A DNA stretch of 64,000 bases from Octopus bimaculoides (GCF_001194135.2 NC_069004.1:32726607-32790606); one strand, 5' to 3'. Shown: positions 26,033 through 39,839, numbered from the stretch's first letter. The notes: generated by a model from the sequence alone, not told the origin. Numbers and translations are program-made.

Positions 26033-26830
26033 ATCATCATCATCGTTTAACGTCCGCTTTCCATGCTAGCATGGGTTGGACGATTTGACTGAGGACTGGT
26101 GAAACCGGATGGCAACACCAGGCTCCAGTCTGATTTGGCAGAGTTTCTACAGCTGGATGCCCTTCCTAACGCCAACCACTCAGAGAGTGTAGTGGGTGCT
26201 TTTACGTGTCACCCGCACGAAAACGGCCACGCTCGAAATGGTGTCTTTTATGTGCCNNNNNNNNNNNNNNNNNNNNNNNNNNNNNNNNNNNNNNNNNNNN
26301 NNNNNNNNNNNNNNNNNNNNNNNNNNNNNNNNNNNNNNNNNNNNNNNNNNNNNNNNNNNNNNNNNNNNNNNNNNNNNNNNNNNNNNNNNNNNNNNNNNNN
26401 NNNNNNNNNNNNNNNNNNNNNNNNNNNNNNNNNNNNNNNNNNNNNNNNNNNNNNNNNNNNNNNNNNNNNNNNNNNNNNNNNNNNNNNNNNNNNNNNNNNN
26501 NNNNNNNNNNNNNNNNNNNNNNNNNNNNNNNNNNNNNNNNNNNNNNNNNNNNNNNNNNNNNNNNNNNNNNNNNNNNNNNNNNNNNNNNNNNNNNNNNNNN
26601 NNNNNNNNNNNNNNNNNNNNNNNNNNNNNNNNNNNNNNNNNNNNNNNNNNNNTCCCTCAACTGTTAGGGTGTGGCACTTTTTCACGCAGCTATCCTCCTC
26701 CATTCTCACCACATGTCCATACCAGCGCAATCGTCTCTCTTGCACGCCACAACTGATGCTTCTAATGTTCAGCTTTTCTCTCAAGATACTTACACTCTGA
26801 CGGGTATTCACATTGACATTACACATCCAA
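26033..26830 (-). mobile_element. RTE-clade LINE 3' end: RT C-terminus, assembly gap, 3'UTR with (GAT)n tail
   Basis: Minus frame at 26652-26830 reads LREKLNIRSISCGVQERRLRWYGHVVRMEEDSCVKKCHTLTVEG (RRLRWxGHVxR motif). 26033-26256 is the family-E sequence ending in GATGAT on the same strand. Linkage across the N gap is inferred. Confidence 0.75.
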
Positions 26831-27474
26831 CGGAGCATATACACTTACATACACACTTTCCAAAATACTTATTATTACTATTAATATGTATTTATGGTTT
26901 ATTTTCTTAACAAAACAAAGAAATATAGACACACACACACACACACACACACACGCATACGCACACAGTTACACATTTGTTTATTCGTTTAACATCAGTT
27001 TTTTCATGCTAGCATGAGTTAGATGAGAAGCTTGTTGCTGCAGGTCCTTTTGGACCAGATACGCTCCCTATCACCAACCCTTACTGTTTTTTGTTGTTGT
27101 TTTCAAGGTAGGGATTTTATTCCAGGAAAAAGCCAAGCAACAAGTCATCGTATCAATAGGGAATATTTCACTGAAGCTTTGATATGCAGATAATAACCGT
27201 CGTACTCCTGTCAAGCCATCCAACCCATGCCAGCATGGAAAATGGACGTTAAAGGAGGATGAGGATGATGATTCAAATGTATGTATGTGTGTACAGTCAT
27301 ATACATATATGCATATATATCATCATCGTCGTCAAATATATGTGTAATATATATATATAGAAACCTTGCCAAATCAGACGGAAGCCTGGCTTGCCAGTTC
27401 TCTTTCACACCTTCCAACCCATGCCAGCATGGAAAGCCGACATTAAATGATGATGATTAGGATATATATGTATA

Positions 27475-28043
27475 GGTGCAGGAGTGGCTGTGTGGTAAGA
27501 AGCTTGCTTCCCAATCACATTCTTCTGGGTTCAGTCCCACTGTGTGGTACCTTGAGCAAGTGTTTTCTACTACAGCCTCGGGTCAACCAAATTTTTGTGA
27601 GTGGATTTGGTAGATGGAAACTGAAAGAAGCCTGTTGTATATGTATATGTACGTTAGGAAGGGCATCCAGCTATAGAAACCATGCCAAATCTGACTGGAG
27701 CTCTGGAGCTTGGTGCAGCTCTCCAGCTTAGCAGTTCCAATCAATTTGTCCAACCCATGACAGCATGAAAAGCAGATGCTAAATGATGATGATGATGACA
27801 GTGGTGATGATCTGTGTGTGTGTGTGTGTATCTTTGTGTATGTGTTTTCCCAACACCACCACTTGACAACTGATGTTAGTATGTTTACATCTCTCTCTAA
27901 CTTAGTGGTTTGGCAAAACAGACCGATAGAATAAGTACCAAGTTTAACTAAAAAAAAAGTTTTGGGTTTGATTCTTTCAACTAATATTTCTTCAAGGCAG
28001 TGCCCCAGCTGTAGTCTCAAAACTGAAACAGGTAAAAGACAAA

Positions 28044-28045
<2 letters not shown>
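27475..28045 (+). mobile_element. Bipartite B/C SINE with a family E copy nested between the halves (27650-27800)
   Basis: B head 27475-27637; E copy (gttaggaagggcatccagc...gatgatgatg); C tail about 27830-28045. Confidence 0.75.
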
Positions 28046-28087
<42 letters not shown>

Positions 28088-28300
28088 GTGTATATATTAG
28101 ACACACACATATCATACAACAAGCTTCCTACAGTTTCTCTCAGCAAAATCTACTTGCAAGCACTAGTTCACTTAGGACTATAGTAAAACATGTGCATATA
28201 TACAGAGGCAAGGATTGGTGAGTGATAGGAAGAGCATCCATCTGCAAAATCCTACTTCAAATAAGTACCTGTCGAGCCCAGGTTAGCAAATGAATACACA

Positions 28301-28343
<43 letters not shown>

Positions 28344-30373
28344 CGGAAGAAGATAACTCTGTAGTAGAACCCAGCCATTATCTATATTTTATCTTTAAAC
28401 CTTCCTTATTTTAATGCTTTTATTAATTAAAATAAAGGTCTACTCTGAAAGGAATGTCTAGCAGACAAAATACTAAATAACTTTTTATTAATTCTTGCCA
28501 CTAAATTAATTAATTACAACAGGTGGGTGATTGAGTTTGTATTTACGTTTTATAAACTTCCATTTGTTTTTTTATCGTTTTTTTTTCTCTTTTAAATGGT
28601 GAGTATTTATTTGTTTTTAGATCGAATGTTATATCCCAAAACTCTAACTCTGTGCGAATTTGTTTTTAACTGTCGTTTTTAGATTTATGTCTTCAAGTGA
28701 TTCAAATAGGTCTTTCCTGAACACATCTAGTTGTCGGTTTTTTTTTATATTTCATGTAATGATTAAACCATTCCCTCAGTACAGACCATATTTTAAATAG
28801 TCAAATTTCTTGTTTAACCAATGTAAAATATAAAGGCCAGCAAGCTCACAAATTTCTGCAGAATCTATGCTTCCCATTGCTATACCAAAAACATTACAGT
28901 CCTCCTTTTTCACCTATTAACCCTTATCAAAAGCCAGTTATAATTTTCTTACATGCAGGATTATTTTGATATCCGATTCCTTAATTTGAATGTAATTTTT
29001 TGCCAAAGCTAATCTTTGGCAAAATCTTCTTCTATAAATTAGTTCAATAACTCACCTTCTTTCTCTCCTCCTCCTTACCCTCCTATTTCTTCTTTTTCCT
29101 TATAAGCTCTTTTTTTTTTTTTCCACCAACCCAATTGTGCCCATCCATACAGGTTTTTATTTATGTACTAAATATACTGTTACTCCACTCTTACTAGCAC
29201 TACTCATTCATTTACTTTGTCCAACTCTCTTGGGATTTCCTTTATAACATTTCTTTCCATTCCTCTGGAACCAAACACTCGGTTTAATTCCATTTCAAGC
29301 TGAAACATTAGCCTTTACCATTTACCGTTCTAGCAGCAACGATTTTCATATTGCTCTGGTTGTTTGGCCCTATTGATAAATATAAGAGTAATTTGATACG
29401 GCTTTGAAAATTTCTACACATTTGGGCTTCATTTTATATATTAATAAGGAAGACCCATAACCCCCCCCCCACACTCACATAATGTTTTTCAATGCTGTAT
29501 CAATTTACTATATATACTATATATATAATAAGTTGATACATATATATGTATCAACAGACAACACTCACACACACGTATGTGTACATATATATATGCATAT
29601 GTATGTATTATATGAATGTGTGCGTGTGTGTATATATATATATATATATAATTTTATATATAAATATGTATTAAATTATTTTATATGTATGTATTAGAGA
29701 TGATATAACTGAAGGAAATAGGTTCTGTGATTAAGGTTAAATGAATTATTGTATTTAGTTCCATATTCAATTATGTTGGTTTCTATGGGTACTTAGTCTA
29801 TGACCTTGAGTAAATGTTAATGAAATCAGCGTGTGATATAACAGCATTAGTATTGCATTATAGCATAGACAATACCGTTAGAGTACAAACAATATCGTTA
29901 TACTATATGCAGCATAATGATATCAGTACATACACTGCTGCCATGATTTTATAAATATCGGCCTTGATTTTGAATATATTGTGTATTTTTTTTTACTTTG
30001 AGGAGAATTGATAGTTTGTATATCATTCTGTTTGTGTGTGTTGATGGGGTGGAAGGATCGATCTCTTCAAATACTTGATTGTTTTCAATTTTGGTCAGTG
30101 CTTATAAGTGCACACTTGGTTGTGTGGGGGGGGGGGGTTAAGATGTTTTGTTTGCAACCAGGTGATTTCAGGTCCAATTCCACTGTGTGGCACTTTGAGC
30201 AAGTGTCTCCATGCATTATAGCCTTAACTCAGCCAATGTTTTGAAGGAGATATTAGTTGACGGAAATTGTAGGACGCCAATTGTGTGTGTATCCTCATCA
30301 CCATTTCACATCCATATTTCATGCTGAAGATGGTTAGATATAGTTTGTGCATGTATATGTGTGTGTGTGTATG

Positions 30374-30472
<99 letters not shown>

Positions 30473-31288
30473 CATCTGTCTTAAACCCTTTTGATACTGA
30501 TGTGTCTGAAGCTGCTTCTGGTTCTGTCACAAGAGCTTCTTGTTTTAAAGATGTATAAATTAAAACCTTCCACCAACATTTCAGGTAAAAAACACCAGCT
30601 TAGTAATCCTTTCTACTATAGACACAATTTGGTGGGGAGGGGCTAGTTAATTACATTGACCCCAGTGGTTCGACTGGTACATATTTTATCGACCACAAAA
30701 GGATGAAAGGCTAAGCCGACCCAGTTGACAGATGATGTGTCCCTAAGCATTTTGGTCGGTGTGCTAACAATTTTGCCAGCTCACTGCCTGACACCAGTTT
30801 CATAATGACAGATATTCTACTAAATTTCTCATTTTTTAAAAATTAATTAAAACAAAGAAATTAATTAAAACAAAGCCATGTATTTCAAAGGAGACAGGGT
30901 AACAAAAGGGTCAGTTCATGTTCCAAACAACAGCATAATAATGACAAAGTTATTTTACTAAATTCTTCGTTGACTTCAAAATTAATTGAAACAAAAGCAG
31001 TGTGTTTTAACAGAAACAGGGTAACAAAGGGATTAATATAATAACAGTAATAATTTATTTTCATTTTTTTAAATTCCACTTTTGATTTCTAACTTTGGTA
31101 CAAGCCTGATAATTTTTATGGAAGAGCTGTTTATTTTATCAACCTTGGAAGGATAGAAAAGAAAATTGAATCGTTGCAGAACCTGAACGCAGAATGTAAG
31201 GAAAAGGGGTTGAAGTCTTGCGAAACTTTTTAGTTTGGTGTTCTGTTGATTCAGTTACCATTCCAAATTCTAGCATTGGAACAAGACC

Positions 31289-31325
<37 letters not shown>

Positions 31326-31592
31326 GGGGCAAAATGGGTGACTCCCAGTCAGGGGCGTAGCTAGGGTAAATGGTACCCAGAGAAAGCATCGAAATTGTGC
31401 CCCCTCCCCAACCAAAAAGTGGAAACTTGCTTAGAAATTGCTTAAAGTTGGCTCCAAGTCTCACCCAGAGACCTCAAGAGACACGAGTTAGAAGTTCATG
31501 TTGGTGTTATGCTTAGGGTATCATATATTTGGTTTTGCTTAAGAAAACATAACAAAATTATAAGTTTGTTTTAAAATTTTATTATTATATAA

Positions 31593-31775
31593 GGTGGTGA
31601 GCTGGCAGAATTGTTAGCATGCTGGGCGACATGCATAGTGGTATTTCGTTTGTCCTTATGTTCTGAGTTCAAATTCTGCCAAGGCCAACTTTGCCTTTCA
31701 TCTTTTCAGGTTCAATAAATTAAGTACCAGTTGCATACTGGGGATCAATCTAATTGACTGGTTCCTTCCCCCAAA
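31593..31775 (+). mobile_element. SINE family D
   Basis: aaggtggtgagctggcagaattgttagc...ttctgagttcaaattctgccaagg...aagtaccagttgcatactggg. Confidence 0.8.
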
Positions 31776-31777
31776 AT

Positions 31778-31934
31778 TTCTTTCAGTTTCCGTCTACCAA
31801 ATCCACTCACAAGGCTTTGGTCAGCCTGGAGTTATAGTAGAAGATACTTGCCCAAGGTGGCACACAGTGGGACTGAGCCCAGATCTATGTGATTCGGAAG
31901 CAAGCTTCTTACCACACAGCCATGCCTGTGCCTA
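31778..31934 (-). mobile_element. Family B SINE head, abutting a family D copy
   Basis: Reverse complement of the B consensus (ttctttcagtttccgtctaccaaatccactcacaaggc...accacacagccatgcctgtgcc). Confidence 0.8.
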
Positions 31935-32431
31935 TTGTGGATGAAAATATTTCTTATCATCATCATCATCATCTTTATTGTCATTATTGTCATACAACAT
32001 AAGAACATATGTCAGAGGGTAATGAGCAAAGAGGTCCTCTATCCTGTCATTAAGGCTCTTGACCCCTTTTGTCTTTGCCCCAAACCCATATTTAGTGGTC
32101 TCAGGTTATTTCATATTCAACATCTTAAGTTGTTGTTCCTTATTGTTGTAGTTGTTGTTATTCATCTAGTTGTGTTGTTGTCTTTCTATGTAAATGTCAA
32201 CCCACTCCACACCACCACCATTCAGCTGGAATATAAACGGTGGTGGTGGTGTGGAGTGGGGAGATAAGGTATATTTCAGTTTCAGGTAAGTCGTCTGATT
32301 TAATAAGACGTGTCTCACCTTGTCTAAGTCTTAATCTTAAAATAACATTAAAAATTAATTAATTTTTAAAAAATACTGCTGCTGCAGGCATTGGTAAAAT
32401 TTGAACTCTTGTTTCTTTAACTAACCATCTT

Positions 32432-32484
32432 AACTAAACTAAACTAAACTAAACTAAACTAAACTAAACTAAACTAAACTAAAC
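32432..32484. repeat. (AAACT)n microsatellite
   Basis: About ten perfect AAACT units. Confidence 0.9.
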
Positions 32485-32859
32485 GTCACCTCAGTAAAAT
32501 ATTTCTGAGATAATTGTATTTCTGTATATTTCATTATATATATTTTTTTTTACTATTTTTGTTTTATTTTATTTTTTTTTATTTCTGAAGCTTGTAATAA
32601 TTATCTCCACAAACTCTGTTGTCTGAGTATTGTTAATTAGAATTAATTAAAATGATAGAGAATTATTTTCCATCCCTGTCCCAGCCAGACAAATCATGCG
32701 GGTAAGAAGGCCATTAGCAATTAATTACTGGTATGTTGGATATCTGCTCTTCTGCAATTCCCCCTAATCATGTCTTGAGTTAATGGGATGTTGTATTTCT
32801 GCTTCAGAGAGAGACACACACACACACATCTGGTTGTCTTGGACACATTGGTCATACTT

Positions 32860-33240
32860 CTGCAGGGACACATCATCTGGTTCCTGGCCCTTAATTGTCT
32901 CCCTTCTGCACAGATGCAATATTTGGTACCTGTTTCATATTTTGTGTCTATTCTGCTGAAGCCTGTCAGTACACATTTGTCTCCCTTCTTCGGGGACACA
33001 ACATCTGGGGCCAGGAACAAGTGTTCTAACTACAGAGACACAACATCATGCATGATATTGCATTTCTCTCCCTTCTACAGAGACATATTTCCGGTGCCTG
33101 ATCCACATTTGCCCCCTTTCTTTGGGGACACAGCGTCTAAGGTCAGGAACACACATGTTCCAACTACAGAGATGCAACATCTTGTGTGATGTGCATATGT
33201 GAATGTTCTACAGGGACACATTTCTGGTTCCTGGTACCTA
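32860..33240. repeat. Degenerate ~132 bp tandem repeat
   Basis: cacatttg.c.ccctt...ggggacaca.c.tct..gg.caggaac at 32972 and 33104, plus partial units. Confidence 0.65.
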
Positions 33241-34688
33241 TTTGTGTATTTCTGACTTGTTCTCTCAACTGCACCTCAGGTACCTTATCAATTTAGCACC
33301 AGCTGGGCTGGAACTGAAAAGGGAGATGCTAAACTTGTCATTTTGTAACCCTGATCAAACAAACCTAAAACCAGTACTGAGAAGTCAAAATATAGTTTCT
33401 TTGTAGAAAACTCTTGAATATACCTCTTCAAGTGGTGGTGGTCATGGTGCTAAATTGCTTGAGGACTTAAATTCTCTCTAAACAAGACCATCTCTCTTAC
33501 AAGACCATCTTGTAAAATGACAAACTCTACTCGCCCTCACCTCCTTTCTCTTTATAAGTAAGTGTTTCTCAGCCTTTTTTGCCAATGGGTCCCACTTATT
33601 CCTATTTTACACTACTGGACCCGCGGACCCTCACAACCATTCAATGTTTTAAAAAAATCCAGTTATGTTTTTATAATTAAATATTATAAGAAATTGTGTA
33701 AAAAGATTGTTGAAGTATTTTTTTTGTTTTATAGAAGTATAAGCATTCTGTTGCATGTAAGGTTCAGCAACAAAATATTATATGGACTCCCAAGGGCCTG
33801 GTGTAAATTAATCCAGTTAATTCCCCTCTCCCATTAAGACTCCAAATGTGACCACCCTGTTTAGGGCCCCAAGGGATGATGTGCAGTGTTACCTAGTATT
33901 TTCCTTATTTTTGAGCTGTATTGTTATTTAAACTAAAGCAACATGGTGGGTCAATTAATCTGGGTCTTTTTTTAATTTTTTTATAAATTTGAAAATTAAT
34001 TAATGAAATTAAAAGTACAATTTGAAATTGAAGTAAATTTAATATTAACAAAGAAAATTAATTAATTCAATGCATATTTGAAATTTGCATGCATATTTGA
34101 ATGCATATTTGAAATTTGCTCTTTTTTTTAGGATTTTTTTTGTTTGTTTTTTTACATTTAATTTTTGTTTAAATATGGAATCGAATTTCAGTCATTTTTA
34201 TTTCATTTCATTTTTATTTATATTTATTGTTTAGTTTTGTTGAGACACCTTGCCCTTTCCTATCCCCACAACCCCTATTTATTTCGTGGAGACATTTCTA
34301 TTTTTTATTTTATTTTTGTTTAATTTTAGTTTTATCTTTTTTTGTATTTAAGATTTTTTTTTTAGAAAGATGAAAAAATGAGATTCAATTACATTAATTA
34401 AAATTCTCATCCCTCATTGTAATTTTCATTCAGAAATTGTATTCTTTTGATGATGATTATTATTTTTTTTTCATCCATTATTATGTATGTGTGTATGTCT
34501 GGGTGTGTGCTCTGTTGGTAATTAAAGTTTTTATTCGTCAATAGCTAATAGGAGACTAATAAACTAATTATCAATATAAAATATTCATTATCTTCAAATT
34601 TAACAAATACATATGCATATATATATAGAAACACACAAACATACTTTTACATACATATGTGTATATATTTATGTATGTGTGTGTATAC

Positions 34689-34751
<63 letters not shown>

Positions 34752-34779
34752 CATTTATGTAAATATATATGTATATATA

Positions 34780-34899
34780 GGTGCAGATATGGCTGTGTGA
34801 TAAGAAGCTTGCTTCCCAACCACATGGCTCCGGGTTCAGTCCTAATGCATGGCACCTTGTGAGTGGATTTGGCAGACGGAAATTGAAAGAAGCCTTTCA

Positions 34900-34938
<39 letters not shown>

Positions 34939-35172
34939 TTTTATGTGTATGTGTCTTTGTGTCTGTGCTTGTTCCCCCACCATTACTTGACAACCAATGT
35001 AGGTGTGTTTGCATCCCCGTAACTTAACGGTTCAGCATAAGAAACAGATAGAGTAAGTTCGAGGCTTACAAAGAGTAAGTCCTGGGGTCGATTTCTTCAA
35101 CTAAAACCCTGTAAGGCGGTGCTCCAGCATGGCCGCAGTCAAATGACTGAAACAAGTGAAAGAAGAAAAGAA
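34780..35172 (+). mobile_element. Bipartite B/C SINE
   Basis: B head 34780-34896, (TG)n(TA)n spacer, C tail 34950-35172 ending gactgaaacaagtgaaagaagaaaag. Confidence 0.8.
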
Positions 35173-35244
35173 AATACAAACACACATACATTTCTATACA
35201 TATATATGTACATATGTTTATGCATTTATATATATGTGTATGTA

Positions 35245-35432
35245 TTGACCGTTGACTGGACACTATTCAATTTTTTTTCTCCGTGATTTTCTCCTTGTCT
35301 CCGTATTCTTTCTGTTGAAGAGCGTAGCTCGAAACGTCAAAGACTTTCCGTATTCCCGAGCGTCATACTAATACATCCTTTTGTTATTTACACCACCTGT
35401 CCTCGTCTGTTGTTGTTTTTTCGTATATTCTC

Positions 35433-35435
<3 letters not shown>
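35245..35435 (+). mobile_element. Penelope-like terminal repeat fragment with minimal hammerhead motif (35307-35343)
   Basis: TCTTT-CTGTTGA-A-GAGC-GTA-GCTC-GAAACGTC^AAAGA. Its 3' part recurs inverted at about 63226-63275. Confidence 0.6.
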
Positions 35436-35492
<57 letters not shown>

Positions 35493-36399
35493 ACATGCAC
35501 CAAACACACACACACACACACATATAGATAGATAGATATATCGAGATAGACTCACATACTTCCTTCTCCTTCATCCGACTTGTATTCATCATTCATTGCT
35601 CTCCACCACCCTATCTATCATCGATTACATCCACCCCTCAGCCTTGCTATTACTAGGCGGGTCTAGCGATTACACAGAGGCTCATTGGCTTAACTCAACT
35701 CAGTTTGACCTACAAACACCCTCTGTGCAGCCACCCCCCACCCCACACAAATTATGGGTTTCATAGTTAAGGGTGTGCTTTGGTCATAGACACACACAGT
35801 GGGAGGAGGGGGTGCAACTGTTGATGGGATATGAACCTCAACCAGTACCCTTTGAGTTAGACTTACAACTGCAACTCACTGTCGTTCTCTTTCCCTGTTC
35901 CAGTTTGTTCCCACCCCCACCTTTGCAGCACTCTCTCTCTCTCTCTCTCCCTTACATTTCTTTCTCTTTCTGTCCAACTCTCCTACAAATCTATCTATTT
36001 ATATATATATGTATGTATGTATGTACATGGATACACACATACACACACACATTCATCTATTAATGATAGCCATAAATATGCCTGAAATTTAATTGGACCC
36101 AGAAATTTAAAGTGTCATTCTTGACTGTTGGACAGAAGTGGATGAAAGAAAATCTAGAATCAGAAGAAACTAATAATAGTCTGTGCAGTGTCGAATAGTT
36201 GAAATAGAATACGACTGGTGGCTAAGTAGCTACAAAATAGTCTGTGAACTTCATGGGATGAAATATAACACTGGTGATTTATATCGGGGAAAAACATTTA
36301 TATTGCCTGTTTTGGACAGCAAGAAGTTGCAGGTGCTCTGTGGCGCAATCAGTATTCTGGTCATCTAGAAAGCAAAAGATATGGTTTCCAAATCTTGTT

Positions 36400-36525
36400 G
36401 GAGGGACTGCTTGCCATAAGTGTGAGAATCTGAGAGGGGAATATGTTGAATAAACTCATAATTAACTGATCCCTCGTGTATTTTCTTCTACCCAAAGCCA
36501 GGAACTTTCCAGCAACCCCCTTGTA
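36400..36525 (-). mobile_element. Mariner-type MITE/TIR fragment
   Basis: Reverse complement of 60431-60540 (ggggtgctgaaaagttcctggctttgggtaaaagaaaatacacg...). Confidence 0.6.
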
Positions 36526-38213
36526 CATATGCATAGTCACACGGGCCCTTACACTCACAACACATTCATTTACTCCTACAATTGTATTAGTGGCATTAGA
36601 CAAGATACTCCATTTCCCAGTGTACAAATCACTGTTGTTTAATAATATACACACGCAAACATTCAGACATCATCATCATCGTCATTAACTTCTAAAGTTG
36701 TAATCTTTTTAATTTTTTTTTTTTTTTGTTAAATTAATTAAATGCCATTGTTTGTTCTTGTTGATATTGTCCTTGATGATTTTTCTCTTCTATTTATGAA
36801 AAACTGAATGCTTTAAATGCACCTGTCTGATTCCCCCCACCCCACCACTATCGCCACCATTCACCCACGGTATTAGTTTCATATTGTCATCATTGTTAGT
36901 TTACTTTTAGGTACATTTAGTCTTGTTCCCTAGCGCTGACAGCATCATCCCTGCCACCATCAACCCACACAGCTTCTTGTGTTGTGCCTCAGCAAAATCC
37001 CAAACTAAATTGCTTGATAGATAAAAAAGTTAACTTAGATATGAGACAAACTAGCAAAAGGATTAGACATTGGTAACGAAGTAGCTTAGATGGCTTAGAC
37101 ATTGATATTAGACTATATAGCTTAGACAGTGGCATTAGACAAAATACCCTATTTCCTGGCATACAAGTCACTGTAGCATAGAGTGTACACGTTCAAACAT
37201 CCTTACTCTCTTCCCAAATCATCATTGTCTTCCTAAAATTCACACATAATTTTTAGTCTCTACAAAATTTGACTGGTATGCCAGAAAATACAGTAGCAAA
37301 ATGGCTTAAACATTGATGTTAGCAAAGTGCAAAATAATACATAGCTACCCACTGACCGCAATCCACCACACGCAATACCTCAAATTGCTTCTAGTTATAT
37401 ATATATGAATTAACAGCTAAGTTTTGATGCACAAGATACTATGAGCATTAACATTGAACAGAATAACATTTCCAGTCTAATTTTGAAAGAAAAATGTGGC
37501 AGATGCTCTGTAATGAAAGCAGTTATGATGTCACTTGAAAGACAATATATACCAGACAGTGTCAAGGGTGTGGCCCATAGCCTATTCTTTTCTTCTCTCA
37601 AAGTAATGCTTATAATGTCTTAGGACATATTAGAATGCTAGCTGTTAATTTATATATANNNNNNNNNNNNNNNNNNNNNNNNNNNNNNNNNNNNNNNNNN
37701 NNNNNNNNNNNNNNNNNNNNNNNNNNNNNNNNNNNNNNNNNNNNNNNNNNNNNNNNNNNNNNNNNNNNNNNNNNNNNNNNNNNNNNNNNNNNNNNNNNNN
37801 NNNNNNNNNNNNNNNNNNNNNNNNNNNNNNNNNNNNNNNNNNNNNNNNNNNNNNNNNNNNNNNNNNNNNNNNNNNNNNNNNNNNNNNNNNNNNNNNNNNN
37901 NNNNNNNNNNNNNNNNNNNNNNNNNNNNNNNNNNNNNNNNNNNNNNNNNNNNNNNNNNNNNNNNNNNNNNNNNNNNNNNNNNNNNNNNNNNNNNNNNNNN
38001 NNNNNNNNNNNNNNNNNNNNNNNNNNNNNNNNNNNNNNNNNNNNNNNNNNNNNNNNNNNNNNNNNNNNNNNNNNNNNNNNNNNNNNNNNNNNNNNNNNNN
38101 NNNNNNNNNNNNNNNNNNNNNNNNNNNNNNNNNNNNNNNNNNNNNNNNNNNNNNNNNNNNNNNNNNNNNNNNNNNNNNNNNNNNNNNNNNNNNNNNNNNN
38201 NNNNNNNNNNNNN

Positions 38214-38247
<34 letters not shown>

Positions 38248-38879
38248 ACATATATACATACATCTATATATGAAATTTGTTTTTACTGTATTATTTATTT
38301 TTTATATGCATATGTTGGTATGGATGGGGGAGGTATTGTCTTTCTGTTCTGTCAATATTGGTTGGTACGTTGTCTCTGGTTCAATTTGCTGATGCGGAAA
38401 CAGAATTTTTCCAGGTGAGAAAAACGCAGAACCTGAAAGGGAGTTCCATGAAGTGGTTGAGAAAAATTTCAAGAAAACAGGTCTGCCATTCCGACTTTGC
38501 CTTTGCCTCTAGCTACAGATAGTTCGCTCCAAGTAGACAGTTTAGTATTTTAGTTCTCCATTCCCCATGTATATATTATATGTGTGAGTGTGAGTGTCTG
38601 TCTGTCGAAGTTTACGTGTGTGTGTGTTTTTTTGTATGTGTGAATGTGTCTGTCTATATACAATATACATATATAAATACATGTATATATGTATATATAT
38701 GTATATATATATATATATATATTGCCAGTGGATCATATATCTGAAAACGAAGCACACACTAAAAGTTAGAGCAGTGATGTATTTACATGCAGTTAAATAT
38801 ATGTCTGGTCTTATAGTGACCAAAGGGTTTTATGGATGTGAAACTATTGGTCACTCTATGACTGGACATATATTACACT

Positions 38880-38910
<31 letters not shown>

Positions 38911-39484
38911 GCTCCCCATGAATGTATGCAATCATACGGAGATATATATACATGTATGTATGCATATTGTGTATTTAATTTGAATATGACTATACTAATG
39001 ACTAAACATTAATTATTTTGTTTTATTTAATTATATTTCATTCAAACGATGTATGAATAGAAAGAGAATTCTTTAGGTGGTTTTTTTTTTCTTTCTCTTT
39101 TTCAATGATGTAAGTTTAAACACCAGCATTTTTAAATTAGCAAAGTGCAGTTATTAGGCTAACTTAATAGTGCCATTAATTATATAATTAATATATTAAC
39201 AATGCTATAAAATCTCTCAATAACACTACAGAAATAATGCCAATAATGCTTTAAAAAAATGGATGTCACATAATTTATGCATATTCGAAACATGCATCAT
39301 ATTGAAAGATATAATGTGCACATTAAAAAAAAAAAAAGTAGCAAACATTATGGTGTTAATTCTTGGTTTGGTAAGTGAAAATTCTCATAACAGGATTTCG
39401 TTATGCGAAGGTCAATCTGTTAGTTTTATGATCACATTAGCCTTGAATTTCAGAATTAAGCTCATTGTATATAATGCTAATGAA

Positions 39485-39835
39485 GGTGCATGGCTTGGTG
39501 GTTAGGGTGCCAGGCTCACAATCGTGAGGTTGTGAGTTTGAATCCCTGACCAGGCTGCGTGTTGTGTTCTTGAGCAAGACACTTTATTTCACGTTGCTCC
39601 AGTTCACTCAGCTGTAGAAATGAGTTGCAACATCACTGGTGCCAAGCTGTATCAGCCTTTGCCTTTCCCTTGGATAACATCAGTGGCATGGAGAGAGGAG
39701 GCTGGAATGCATGGGCGACTGCTGGTGTTTCATAAACGACCTTGTCCAGACTTGTGCCTCGGAGGGGAACTTTCTAGGTGCAATCCCATGGTCATTCTTG
39801 ACCGAAGGGGTTTTTTACTCTTTACCCTTTACCCC
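39485..39835 (+). mobile_element. tRNA-derived SINE family A with (CTTTAC)n-like tail
   Basis: Same head and body as 22931; ends ttttactctttaccctttacccc. Confidence 0.85.
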
Positions 39836-39839
39836 TCAT

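Noticed and set aside
26091-26110. CTGAGGA-CTGGT-GAAAC in family E resembling a hammerhead core
   Set aside because: No pairable stem II, no helix III/GUH site or helix I, and the motif is not kept in other E copies.
38340-38420. Strong donor CAG|gtgaga at 38415 as another alternative exon
   Set aside because: The phase-0 frame has no ATG or good acceptor, and the nearest ATG gives phase 2, incompatible with the 60068 exon.
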